From the NCBI GenBank assembly GCA_012271185.1, contig JAAXGV010000207.1, positions 1 through 39,170 of the forward strand: a stretch of 39,170 nucleotides of DNA. Direction: 5' to 3'. This document shows positions 18,750-28,056 of this stretch, in pieces (within the stretch, counting starts at the first letter, position 1; every line of letters begins with the position of its first letter). Position numbers and translations under genes: made by a program. Below the pieces are notes generated by a model. That model was not told where the DNA came from. It saw only the letters and a program-made list of their open reading frames with translations, and did no database searches. The DNA comes from Rhodothermales bacterium (GTDB lineage Bacteria > Bacteroidota > Rhodothermia > Rhodothermales > Bin80).

Positions 18750-19922
18750 TCAGTCTTTTTTCCGTATCCAACTGGGCAGCCATACCTCAAAGTCTGTGCC
18801 GGGCTGTGGCACCAGGCCTTCTTGGTTGCTAGCTAAGCTTGCAAGCCACCTCTCTTTGGCAGCATTACCTTTATTTGTATCAACGTATGCTTTTCCGTCA
18901 AAAATGGCTCGGTACCCCTTAAACTTGCCGTCCGGAGGCTGCGGGCCGAGCGATATGCCAGGACCTCCTTTGAACGAATCAAGGCCGCCACCCCATTCAA
19001 TCAGCCACTCAGCCACCCTTGCCTGAACGTCGGCGCCGCTGCTTTCCACCTTCCATTCGTCCCAGTCACCGGAGGCCTTATTCCGGGTTCTCCAAGCACG
19101 CTTTTGCCCCTTCTGAGTCAGTATGGTACCATCGGCCTGCCTAAAGGTCGTGGGAGGATTCCCAATTGGTCCGGGCTTATTAGTGCCGTTTGGCGGAGGA
19201 ATTATGATAACCGGTCCATTTCCATTTGGTTCAGTCGCCGAATGTAGCCTGATCCAGGCGCGCTTCACAATGATCAGATCGCGCGCACTGGCTTTTGTTT
19301 TTGACAGACCGAGCTCCTTCCACACAAGCTGTGCAAGTTTGTCTGACGGCTCCTTCCTTGCAGATTCCCACCAGTGCTGCATTTTTGAGGTGACTTCATG
19401 CGTCCTCGCATCGTACAGCAGTCGCGAAGGGTCCGGATCGGAGAACTGGCTCCTGACAGAAGCCAGCCAGCCCAGCACAGAAGGGCGGAGCCAGCCCTTG
19501 CTCTGCACATCATATGTGACAAACGGCGCTTCACCCAGCGTGTTTGTAGGGTCCAGGCAAAACCAATACCACTCCAGACCATTGGTCCAGGCGCCCACGT
19601 TGCAGGTCCCTATCTTGTGAACGTACTTTTTGAGCTGATCTGGTGGCAGGCTGTCATCGATCTTCGCGCCCGCCTTCTTTGCCTCGATAATGACGATGAC
19701 CCTGCCTGCCTTGTCAAGCAGGGCGTAGTCTGCGTTTCCGGAAATCGGCACGGGAAACTCCTGGGCTACGCGGTGCGGGTGGGCCACAGGCCAGCCGACC
19801 CTGTTCAAGAACGGATCAATGAGGCTGGTACGCGTCAGACTTTCTGTAGTCACATACCGCAGCACCTGGCCGACATGGGCTGGGAAGCTTTCCAGCTCTC
19901 GCCGCAGGTTCTCCTTTTCCAT
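18750..19922 (-). CDS. Stand-alone type I restriction HsdR_N-like PD-(D/E)xK nuclease with unrecognised C-terminal domain (~390 aa)
   Basis: TESLTRTSLIDPFLNRVGW, QEF...ADYAL...IIIEAKK, QLKKY and TNGLEWYWF are typical HsdR_N/YeeA-type motifs, followed by a Pro/Gly/Asn linker. The start may lie about 10 codons further upstream. Confidence 0.8.
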   Translation of the reverse strand: MEKENLRRELESFPAHVGQVLRYVTTESLTRTSLIDPFLNRVGWPVAHPHRVAQEFPVPISGNADYALLDKAGRVIVIIEAKKAGAKIDDSLPPDQLKKYVHKIGTCNVGAWTNGLEWYWFCLDPTNTLGEAPFVTYDVQSKGWLRPSVLGWLASVRSQFSDPDPSRLLYDARTHEVTSKMQHWWESARKEPSDKLAQLVWKELGLSKTKASARDLIIVKRAWIRLHSATEPNGNGPVIIIPPPNGTNKPGPIGNPPTTFRQADGTILTQKGQKRAWRTRNKASGDWDEWKVESSGADVQARVAEWLIEWGGGLDSFKGGPGISLGPQPPDGKFKGYRAIFDGKAYVDTNKGNAAKERWLASLASNQEGLVPQPGTDFEVWLPSWIRKKD

Positions 19923-20202
19923 TGTTGATTTCTGAAAATCCGGAATCTTCAAAGGACGGGCAGCGTGGTCGTCATGCTGCCAGAAGGCAGCAGCACGAAG
20001 GTTGGGCCGTCCCGTAGCGGAATATACTGCGCACAGCATAATTCTATCCCGAGCCGCGGGCTGGAACTGCAGGAGGCGCTGACGGAAACCAGCCTCGCAT
20101 GGCGAGAGCACAACTGCCAGCCCCTCAGTCTGCCGCGACGGAGGGGGTTGGTATACTGCGCCTGCCAGCAGTACCTTTCATGCCGGAATTACCGAGCACA
20201 CG

Positions 20203-21606
20203 ATGCCAGCGATCGGATCAGAGGAAACACCCCTGCGCGTAGCCATCATCGGGGCAGGACCCGCAGGGTTCTACGCGGCAGGACATCTCTTCAAGCAGCG
20301 ATCATGCTGCGTGACAGTGGACATGTACGACAAGCTGCCCACACCGTTCGGGCTCGTCCGCTGCGGTGTGGCACCGGACCACCAGAAGATCAAAAACGTG
20401 ACCCGCGTCTATACCAGGACCGCAGCCCATACAGGGTTCAGGTTCTTCGGTAACGTGGAATACGGCCGGCACCTCTCGCTGGATCAGCTGAAAGCACACT
20501 ATCACCAGATCTACTTCTCCACCGGCGCACAGGTGGACCGGCGCCTGAACATTCCGGGCGAAGACCTGGGACGCAGCTACTCCGCGACAGACTTCGTAGC
20601 ATGGTACAACGGCCACCCCGAATACCGCCACCTGGAGTTTGACCTCTCCCGCCCGTGTGTCGCCGTCGTCGGCGTAGGTAACGTGGCCGTAGATGTTTGT
20701 CGGGTCCTCTGCCGCACCATAGAGGAGCTGGCGGCCACAGACATTGCCGACTACGCCCTGGAAGCGCTCCGCGAAAGCAGGGTACGCGAGGTGCACATGC
20801 TGGGCCGCCGCGGACCAGCACAGGCGGCGTTCACCAATCCCGAGGCCAAGGAGCTGGGCGTGCTCCCGGGTGCCGATATCCATGTGCCACCCGGTGAAGC
20901 GGCACTGGATGCATGCACGACAGCACACCTTGGAGAAAAACCCGACCGCCTTACGCAGAAAAAGATCGGGATGATCCGGGACTTTTCCATGCGGCAGCGT
21001 ACGGGCAAGCCAAGGCTGCTGACGATACGCTTTCTTGTGTCACCCGTAAAGCTCCACGACGACGGTACAGGCCACGTGGGAGGGGTGCAGCTTGTCAGGA
21101 ATGAGCTGTACGCCGTCGGCGACGGCCGCCTCAGGCCCCGCGCAACGGACACGCTGGAAGAGCTGCCGGCGGAGGTGGTCTTTCGATCCGTAGGGTATCG
21201 AGGCGTACCCCTCTCAGGTCTACCCTTTAATGACAGCTGGGGCGTGGTGCACAGCAGCAAGGGGCGCGTGATGGATCCGGAGATCCAGGCTTCCGTGCCG
21301 GGCGTCTACGTGGGTGGCTGGATCAAGCGCGGCCCCACGGGGGTCATCGGAACCAACAAGGCGGATGCCCTGGAGAGCGTCAAAGCCATGATGGAGGACG
21401 TACAGAACGGGTGCTGCCTGAATCCTGCAGCGCCCAGTGTAGAAGCCGCAGAAAGGATGGTCCGCGCATGTCAGCCTGACTACGTGTCGTGGGAGGACTG
21501 GGAGCGCATAGATGCGCTGGAGACCGCCCGCGGCAAGCCGGCAGGGCGGCCCAGAGTCAAGTTTGTTGACACAAGCGAGGTCCTGGCGGCACTGGGGCGT
21601 GCCTAA
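20203..21606 (+). CDS. fprA: Ferredoxin--NADP+ reductase (FprA/adrenodoxin reductase type)
   Basis: GAGPAGFY, PFGLVRCGVAPDH, GVGNVAVD, RRGPAQAAFT, GWIKRGPTGVIGTN and RPRVK motifs. Confidence 0.9.
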   Translation: MPAIGSEETPLRVAIIGAGPAGFYAAGHLFKQRSCCVTVDMYDKLPTPFGLVRCGVAPDHQKIKNVTRVYTRTAAHTGFRFFGNVEYGRHLSLDQLKAHYHQIYFSTGAQVDRRLNIPGEDLGRSYSATDFVAWYNGHPEYRHLEFDLSRPCVAVVGVGNVAVDVCRVLCRTIEELAATDIADYALEALRESRVREVHMLGRRGPAQAAFTNPEAKELGVLPGADIHVPPGEAALDACTTAHLGEKPDRLTQKKIGMIRDFSMRQRTGKPRLLTIRFLVSPVKLHDDGTGHVGGVQLVRNELYAVGDGRLRPRATDTLEELPAEVVFRSVGYRGVPLSGLPFNDSWGVVHSSKGRVMDPEIQASVPGVYVGGWIKRGPTGVIGTNKADALESVKAMMEDVQNGCCLNPAAPSVEAAERMVRACQPDYVSWEDWERIDALETARGKPAGRPRVKFVDTSEVLAALGRA

Positions 21607-22598
21607 AGCGAGCCGCGCTCACGGTCCATGCTGTTGTTTAGCCGTGCCAGCCGTAGCATCAGCACCTCAAGCTCGTCATAGTAGGCGTCCACATTCATGG
21701 TGGACTTGCGCGCCTTCAGCGCGGCAATCTCATGTTCTATCGCCTCCTTGCTCTGCTGCATGGCCGTGAGCATCTTCGTGGCGCCTTCAAGCGAGGGTCG
21801 CCGCAGAAAGGTCACAGCGGCCAGGTGGCCGTCCTGACTGTCGCGCAGCTGCTCCAGGCGCGTGCCTTCACCGTCGCCGGTGTCGTCAATAAGAGGGTGC
21901 TCAGTCGCCAGGAGGCCCTCGCCTTCAAAATGTCCGGCCGTCTGTATCGCCGCATAGTTGAACACCTCCAAGACGGAAAGGCTGCCGTCACGGTCCAGAT
22001 CAGCCGAAGGGCTGGACAGGGCCTCCACAAAGAAGCGCGGGAAGATCGTCTGGTTGCGCTGCGTGCCGCTGCGGGTGGCCGTTATCACAACACGCTCCGG
22101 TGCGCTTAGCGCTGCAACAAAAGGGGCACTGGCGCTGGCGGTGTTGACGAAAACGATGCGTGCCGCCGGTAACGCATTGATCAGCAGGGCATAGTCAGCG
22201 CTGGAAAGGTCCCTCCGGGCGATGTTCAGCATAGCATCGCGGCCGTCGAAGCTGCCATGCCCGAACAGCACGACATAGACCTGATCCTGAGGGGTGACCA
22301 GGCCTGCCAGCGCAGTGAAGGCGGCCCTGATGTTCTCCGCATTGGCGATGGCATCCACGACAGGCTCCCCGGCCGTAGCCGGCTCAGACAGAACCGTCAC
22401 ATTGCTTTCCTCGAAGCCCAGCGGCCCTACAAGTGCCGCATGTGCATCAAACAGGTACTGCCGGAGCGTGCCGGTATACTCCGGCGATCCTCCAAGCCCG
22501 CCAATGAGCACGGCGTACTGGGTCTGTGCCAGGCATGGCCAAGCCACCAGACACGCGTAGAGCGCTACGGTAAGCCTTGCTGTCGCCGATAGAGCCAT
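21603..22598 (-). CDS. Secreted caspase/C13-like fold protein, probably non-catalytic
   Basis: Signal peptide, LIGGLGG, LFGHGS, VVITAT, an EF-hand-like DLDRDGSLSVLE loop and a C-terminal coiled coil. Start chosen at ATG 22598. Confidence 0.6.
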   Translation of the reverse strand: MALSATARLTVALYACLVAWPCLAQTQYAVLIGGLGGSPEYTGTLRQYLFDAHAALVGPLGFEESNVTVLSEPATAGEPVVDAIANAENIRAAFTALAGLVTPQDQVYVVLFGHGSFDGRDAMLNIARRDLSSADYALLINALPAARIVFVNTASASAPFVAALSAPERVVITATRSGTQRNQTIFPRFFVEALSSPSADLDRDGSLSVLEVFNYAAIQTAGHFEGEGLLATEHPLIDDTGDGEGTRLEQLRDSQDGHLAAVTFLRRPSLEGATKMLTAMQQSKEAIEHEIAALKARKSTMNVDAYYDELEVLMLRLARLNNSMDRERGSL

Positions 22599-24847
22599 TC
22601 CGCACAGAGCAGTAGCAGGGCCAGAAGAAAAAGTGCCGGCATATCCCACAGGTATTCAGCGTGATACACCGACGTGCTGGTGCGGCGCTCACGCAGGTTC
22701 ACTGGCACAGCGCCGGCCTCCGCGGGCGTATAGTAATAGCCAGCCACCTCAGCCAGCTGCTCCAGCACAGGACGCTTGAGGGTGGCATCATAGTACTCCA
22801 CCTGCTTCGTGCGGGCCAGGACGCTGTGCTGCTCCCGGCCAATGAGAAGGCCTCCATGCCGGGCCGTCACATCCAGCTCGTACAGTCCCTCGGCAGCAGG
22901 CGCGATGCGTGTGGTGTAGGTGCCGGAGCGGGTCAGCTCCTCATCAAAGCGAAGCGGCACGATACTGCCGTCAGGTGCCGTCAGCACGCCCTCCACCTCC
23001 GCATGCTCAAGGGCGCTGTACACGTCATCGTACACGTTCACACTAAGCTGCGTCGCGTCACCGGTGCTCAGATAGTTCTGGCCCGTCTGCAGGTCCACCT
23101 GTTCAGGTGCGGACGCTGCCAGCCATCGCGCCAGCTGCTGCCAGAAGCGCTCATGCCGATAGTCGGTCGCGTCCAGCAGCATCTGCCAGCGCCAGGTGCT
23201 GCTGGTCGCCAGCGCCGCCGTGCGGCCCTTGCCGTAGCGCTGCACGATAAGGAGCGGCTCCGCTGCGCCATACCGGTCAGCAGGCTTCTGGGCAAGGACC
23301 TGCGCACCCGCCTTGGGGGTACCAAGGTAATTGATGCTGGTCAGAAGCGGCATGCTGCTCCACAAGCCGCGGTTGGTGACAAGCTCTGAGGACAACTTGA
23401 GTATGGGGCTTTCCAGGCCGGCAGGCGTGGGCTCAAACGCAAACCCCGCCGACTCCTCGCCGCCTTCCAGGGGATGGCTGAAACGCACAGGCACCACCTG
23501 CGCGCGCGTGGCGTCCAGATACACGGGGAGCACGTCCGCAACAGGGCCGGTCACATAGACGCCCTCGGCAAAAGTCTTGCGCCCGCCCATCATGAGGAAG
23601 CCGCCGCCACGGACACGGACAAAGGATTCGATGAGGCGCAGCTGCCCGGGCGAGAACGCGGTAGCCTCCACATCTCCCAGGATCAGGGCATCGAAAGCAT
23701 ACAGGTCTCCGGCCACGCTCGGGAAGCCCCCCGCCAGCTCCGCAGGGCTGCGGATGCCCTGACGATAGAGCTTGCCGGTCCCCGTGCGCGTGATCGACGT
23801 GAACTCCACAACCTGATCGTCCTCAAGTGCGCGCTTGATGAACTTGAAATCCTGCCGGAGATGCCCCTCGAAATACAGCACGCGGAGCGTGTCCGTGCGG
23901 GCATCCACCAGCATCGATAGCGCATTGTTGGTGGTGTTGAGCTCGCCCGGTGCTGTGTCGACAGCTATGCGGTAGGCATGCGCGCCATCAAGCGGCGGCT
24001 CGAAAAAGAAGCTCAGATGGTCAATCCGGCCATCACCTTTCAGTGTGCGTGCTTCACTGAAAATAACCGCATCCCCGGCGTAGATGCTGAAGGTCACTGG
24101 GTCAGGCTCACGACCCCAGCTGCGAACCTTCACATCAATCTCAGCCCCGGCATGCTTGCCCACGCCCTTGCTCACCAGGACATCCACCAGCTCCCGCTCG
24201 GCCGCGAACGACTCCTGGCCCATGCCGATGATGTGCAGGCCGATGCCGGCGGAGCGCAGCGCTTCTGCCTTGTCCAGCGGATGCTGTGCGGTGTTGTCCG
24301 CGCCATCGGTCACCAGCACGACACCGGTCAGCGGAAGGCCCCGGAAGTCTTTGATCACCCGGTCAAGCGCGGCAGAGATGTTGGTGCCCACGCCGTGCGC
24401 GCCGCCGTCCAGTGAGTCGGCCCGCACGGTACGCTCATCAAACGTGTACAAGCGCACCTGAAAGTCCTCCTCAGCAGACTGGATAATGCCGCCATCGTCA
24501 TGGTAAAGCAGGTCATACGCCTGCGCTATGCGAGACTGGCCGTTATCTCCGTCTGTGACCGACATGCTGCCGGACACGTCGACCAGGACAGCGACAAAGT
24601 TTTCGTCAGGGATGACGCTGGGAGTGATCAGGGCTGGCTCGAAGAGCGGGGTGACAAGCAGCAGGGCGGCTGCCAGACGCAGGCTGAGCGATACCAGCCG
24701 TACGCGCCGCGGTGCGCTGGCCCGGAGCAGAAAAACACACACAAGGACGGCAAGCCCAGCCAGCACCAGAAGGGCAGGGAAGGGCTGTATGCTGACAACG
24801 CCCTCGGAAAACTGAAGTGGACTGAACTTGAGCAGTCGCTCTGCCAT
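22565..24847 (-). CDS. Membrane protein with vWA domain and class I glutamine amidotransferase-like domain
   Basis: N-terminal TM helices, MIDAS DVSGS, VTDG, GGGFLMMGG, YGKGR...TWRW and a C-terminal TM helix ending EWLYRR. Confidence 0.8.
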   Translation of the reverse strand: MAERLLKFSPLQFSEGVVSIQPFPALLVLAGLAVLVCVFLLRASAPRRVRLVSLSLRLAAALLLVTPLFEPALITPSVIPDENFVAVLVDVSGSMSVTDGDNGQSRIAQAYDLLYHDDGGIIQSAEEDFQVRLYTFDERTVRADSLDGGAHGVGTNISAALDRVIKDFRGLPLTGVVLVTDGADNTAQHPLDKAEALRSAGIGLHIIGMGQESFAAERELVDVLVSKGVGKHAGAEIDVKVRSWGREPDPVTFSIYAGDAVIFSEARTLKGDGRIDHLSFFFEPPLDGAHAYRIAVDTAPGELNTTNNALSMLVDARTDTLRVLYFEGHLRQDFKFIKRALEDDQVVEFTSITRTGTGKLYRQGIRSPAELAGGFPSVAGDLYAFDALILGDVEATAFSPGQLRLIESFVRVRGGGFLMMGGRKTFAEGVYVTGPVADVLPVYLDATRAQVVPVRFSHPLEGGEESAGFAFEPTPAGLESPILKLSSELVTNRGLWSSMPLLTSINYLGTPKAGAQVLAQKPADRYGAAEPLLIVQRYGKGRTAALATSSTWRWQMLLDATDYRHERFWQQLARWLAASAPEQVDLQTGQNYLSTGDATQLSVNVYDDVYSALEHAEVEGVLTAPDGSIVPLRFDEELTRSGTYTTRIAPAAEGLYELDVTARHGGLLIGREQHSVLARTKQVEYYDATLKRPVLEQLAEVAGYYYTPAEAGAVPVNLRERRTSTSVYHAEYLWDMPALFLLALLLLCAEWLYRRQQGLP

Positions 24848-24855
24848 GCCTGCCT

Positions 24856-27800
24856 CTACTGCCGCGACAGCGACTCATAGTACTTCTCCACCATACCGGA
24901 ATATTCCGGTGGCACCTCCCCGCGGCGGCTGCCGTACAGCCGGGTCTCCATCTGCACCAGATCAAGCGCACGCGCGATCTTTTCCTCCAGCTGATTCAGT
25001 GCGTCGTAGACACGCCGTTCGAAGAAAGCTTTGGCGGATTCCTCATCCAGCAGGACACCCGTATGGTCAGCGCGCGTCAGCGCATTCTGGACCCCTGCCA
25101 GCGCCTGTTGCGTGGCGTTGTCACCGCCCTGCTGCATAAGGTCCTGCAGCCGTGCCGTGGCCCTCGACAGCTGGCTCCGCATCCGTGCCTCAAGGCTGCG
25201 GCTGTCCGCTTCAGGGTCGCTTTCGCGCAGCCGTGCCGCATCGGATTCCAGGCGCCGCAGCTGCTCCTGCAGGTCCTGCACCTCGCGCAGCGTGGCGGCG
25301 AGTGACTCCTCCTCCGTAACCGGCAGCGACTGTTCCAGGGCGCGGCGGCTTTCGTCCAGGTTGGCAAGGTCGCGCAGAATCTCTTCTTCTAGGCGCTGGG
25401 CGCTCTCCAGCCAGCCATTGCGGAGCGCCCGGTAGGAGCTTGCCATGTCGCCCGCAAGGTCATCGCGCCGCACCTGCTGCTGCAGGTTGCGCAGGCTGGC
25501 GGTCATCTCAGGGTCCTGGCTCTGTGCTTCCATCCGTGCAGCCTCTTCCATCGCCTGATGCAGCGCATCGACAAGCGCCAGGCGCTCATCGTCCAGCGGG
25601 CGCATCTCCGCCTCAGTGGGACGCGTGGATCGGGAGGCCAGCTCCTCAATGTCCTGGGCCAGGCGCTGCTCCCGGTCCGACAGGTCCTGCAGATCGTCCG
25701 TCAACGCTTGGAGCTGTGCACGTCTTGATCCGCGGGTGGCCATCTGCAGGTCGGGCTGCAGCTGCTGCAGGTCCCTCAGCGCCTGCTGCTGCCGCTGAAC
25801 GGCCTCGTCCAGATTGCCCCGGCGGAGCGCTCGGTCAGCTTCGCGCATATTGCGCAGTGCGCTGGCCATGCGTCCCTCGGTCTGCTGCATGTCGCGGGCC
25901 ACCTGCTCCAGCTGCTGGCGGACCTCCTCCTGATCCCTGCGCAGCTTGTCGACAAAGCGTTTGCGGTCCTCGCCCTGCAGGGTTTCGGGGCGCTGAAGGT
26001 TGGCCAGATCCTGCTGCCGCCGTGCCAGGTCCTTTACCCGGCGCAGAGCATCATCGAACTGCTGCGTTTCTTGCGCCCGCTGCTGCTGTACCTCGTACTT
26101 GTCCTTGGAGATATCCAGCTCAAGGTCCATGAGCTCAGACATACGCTCCTCCGTGGCCGACATGCCGCCGCCCTGGCCACGCTGCTGTTGCTGCGCAACC
26201 TGGTTCTCCCTGTTTTGGGCATCGGCACGAAGCAGCGCGGTCAGTGCCTTGCGCTGCGTCGGCAGCGCATCCCGCAGCGCATCCCGCTCCAGCTGCTCCA
26301 CGGCGTGGCCCATGCTAAGGACCGCATCCTCGAGGTAGCGGACAGTCTGCTGCTGCATCTCGTTGCCGCGCAGCTCCAGCGAGAAGGCAGTGGACTGTAT
26401 ACGCTCTTCAATGCTGCGCTGGAGGCTGGACTGGGCCCCTATCAAGGCCCGGAGCGCACCCGCATAATCTTCATGCGTGTCACGCTCGCGGACCAGGCGC
26501 CAGGTGGCGGCGATAAGCTCCTGCTGGCTGACCACCAGACCGCTCTGCTGCCGGCCGCTCTGCCCGCCCGCCGCTGCGGAAACCTGCGTATAGGTCTGAT
26601 CAAAGGGGATGATCTCAATGAAGTACATGTCCGTCACAGCATGCTGCAAGGCGTCCTGCGCCTCGAGATAGTACGTGATCACATCACCTGGCTGCAGGCT
26701 GTAGTCCTCCAGGAACAGTAGGTGCTCGCCTGCGCTTTGGCGTGCGTCTGGCGTGTCCAGCAGGCTGATGGTCTGCGCCTCCCCGCCCCCGACAAAGAAG
26801 ACCAGACCAAAAGCCTTGACGCCATAGTCATCGTCGACGTCGGCGGCGATCAGTACCTCTTCGACAGCGTTGGCGCGCACATCCCGCCCCGGATCCTGTA
26901 CAGTGATGTGCGGCTCGCTGTCGGGCACTGGAATGATAGCATACTGAGCCGGAAACAGGTTGCGCTTGCCGTTGGCGTCGGTCAGCCTGAGCGTGTACAG
27001 GTCCTCTTCCTCCAGCGTGATCTGCCCTGAAAACAGGCCGCCGTCCCGTGCGGCAAGAGGAAGGACCACGCCGCTTTCGAGGAGCATCTCGGCGGTCTTG
27101 GGCATGCCTGTGGTATGCACCGCCAGTGTCACGGTGGACCCGGCAAGACCGTGTATGTCGCCCGTGTCCTCTTCCGTGCGGGGGGGCAGCGGGATATGGT
27201 CCGGGTACTCATAGGTCAGGTCAATCTGATTCACGGCCGGAAACTCATACACGGAGATCACGAAAGGCTCCGAGCGGCGACGCCCAGCCTCCACATAGTA
27301 TTCTATCGGGTCCTGTATGCTGGTGAATTCGGCCATGAATGCTGTGCCTTCCAGGCCTGCCTTCATAACCTGCCGGACCCATGTGCCGCCGGACTCCCTG
27401 AAGACGATGAGAATATCGCTGCCGGGGTCGTTGCGCAGCTCGGCTACAACAGTCTGGGATTCGCCTTTTTCCACCTCCACGTTGCCTGGCAACACCGTCA
27501 TGAAGGGTCGTACCGCTGCGGCGCTGTTTGATGCGACGAGGCGCACCTTGTCCAAGTTCAGCCCGCCCACAAGCAACAGCGCAGCTGCGGCAACAGCGCA
27601 GGCGCCGGCGATGGCACGGGCTCGCAGCTTGCGCACCAGCGTGCGCGGAACGATGCCGCGTGCCATGCGGCCCGCATCCTCCAGGAGGCCGGACAGGACC
27701 GCGTCAGCACCCTCAACCCTGTTGGCACGCGCCTCTATGGCACTGTTCAGGCGGTCTTCAAGGCCTGGCGCCTGCTCCTCAATGAACAGGGCGATCCGGC

Positions 27801-28056
27801 GGTCGCTGATCTTGCGCAACACAGGACGGACAGCATACCAGAAGGTCGCGCCGCCCGTGATAACTGCACCGCCTGCTGCCGCGAGCCAGAAAAGGAGCCT
27901 GTGCCCGCGCAGGAAGGGGTAGGCCAAGAGCAGCGTGACCGCGCATGCAAAGAAGATGACCAGCGCCACGGCGCTGCCCTGCAGCAGTGCACGCCGCCTG
28001 AGCTGGGACCGGACGGCCCGGATCAGGCGCTGAAGGTGTATCGGTGCGTTGTTCAT
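24856..28056 (-). CDS. DUF4175-like large membrane-anchored coiled-coil protein
   Basis: N-terminal TM helices, LEDRLNSA, DDYGV, a long Q/E/R-rich coiled coil and a terminal VPPEYSGMVEKYYESL motif. Confidence 0.75.
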   Translation of the reverse strand: MNNAPIHLQRLIRAVRSQLRRRALLQGSAVALVIFFACAVTLLLAYPFLRGHRLLFWLAAAGGAVITGGATFWYAVRPVLRKISDRRIALFIEEQAPGLEDRLNSAIEARANRVEGADAVLSGLLEDAGRMARGIVPRTLVRKLRARAIAGACAVAAAALLLVGGLNLDKVRLVASNSAAAVRPFMTVLPGNVEVEKGESQTVVAELRNDPGSDILIVFRESGGTWVRQVMKAGLEGTAFMAEFTSIQDPIEYYVEAGRRRSEPFVISVYEFPAVNQIDLTYEYPDHIPLPPRTEEDTGDIHGLAGSTVTLAVHTTGMPKTAEMLLESGVVLPLAARDGGLFSGQITLEEEDLYTLRLTDANGKRNLFPAQYAIIPVPDSEPHITVQDPGRDVRANAVEEVLIAADVDDDYGVKAFGLVFFVGGGEAQTISLLDTPDARQSAGEHLLFLEDYSLQPGDVITYYLEAQDALQHAVTDMYFIEIIPFDQTYTQVSAAAGGQSGRQQSGLVVSQQELIAATWRLVRERDTHEDYAGALRALIGAQSSLQRSIEERIQSTAFSLELRGNEMQQQTVRYLEDAVLSMGHAVEQLERDALRDALPTQRKALTALLRADAQNRENQVAQQQQRGQGGGMSATEERMSELMDLELDISKDKYEVQQQRAQETQQFDDALRRVKDLARRQQDLANLQRPETLQGEDRKRFVDKLRRDQEEVRQQLEQVARDMQQTEGRMASALRNMREADRALRRGNLDEAVQRQQQALRDLQQLQPDLQMATRGSRRAQLQALTDDLQDLSDREQRLAQDIEELASRSTRPTEAEMRPLDDERLALVDALHQAMEEAARMEAQSQDPEMTASLRNLQQQVRRDDLAGDMASSYRALRNGWLESAQRLEEEILRDLANLDESRRALEQSLPVTEEESLAATLREVQDLQEQLRRLESDAARLRESDPEADSRSLEARMRSQLSRATARLQDLMQQGGDNATQQALAGVQNALTRADHTGVLLDEESAKAFFERRVYDALNQLEEKIARALDLVQMETRLYGSRRGEVPPEYSGMVEKYYESLSRQ

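Noticed and set aside
19923-20111. Long N-terminal extension of the nuclease ORF to 20111
   Set aside because: Similarity to the paralogous copy stops at about 19980, so the upstream part is probably non-coding.
20115-20157. Imperfect hairpin and TATACT before fprA as an island att site or tRNA remnant
   Set aside because: No tRNA cloverleaf and no matching repeat visible in the window; more likely local promoter or leader sequence.
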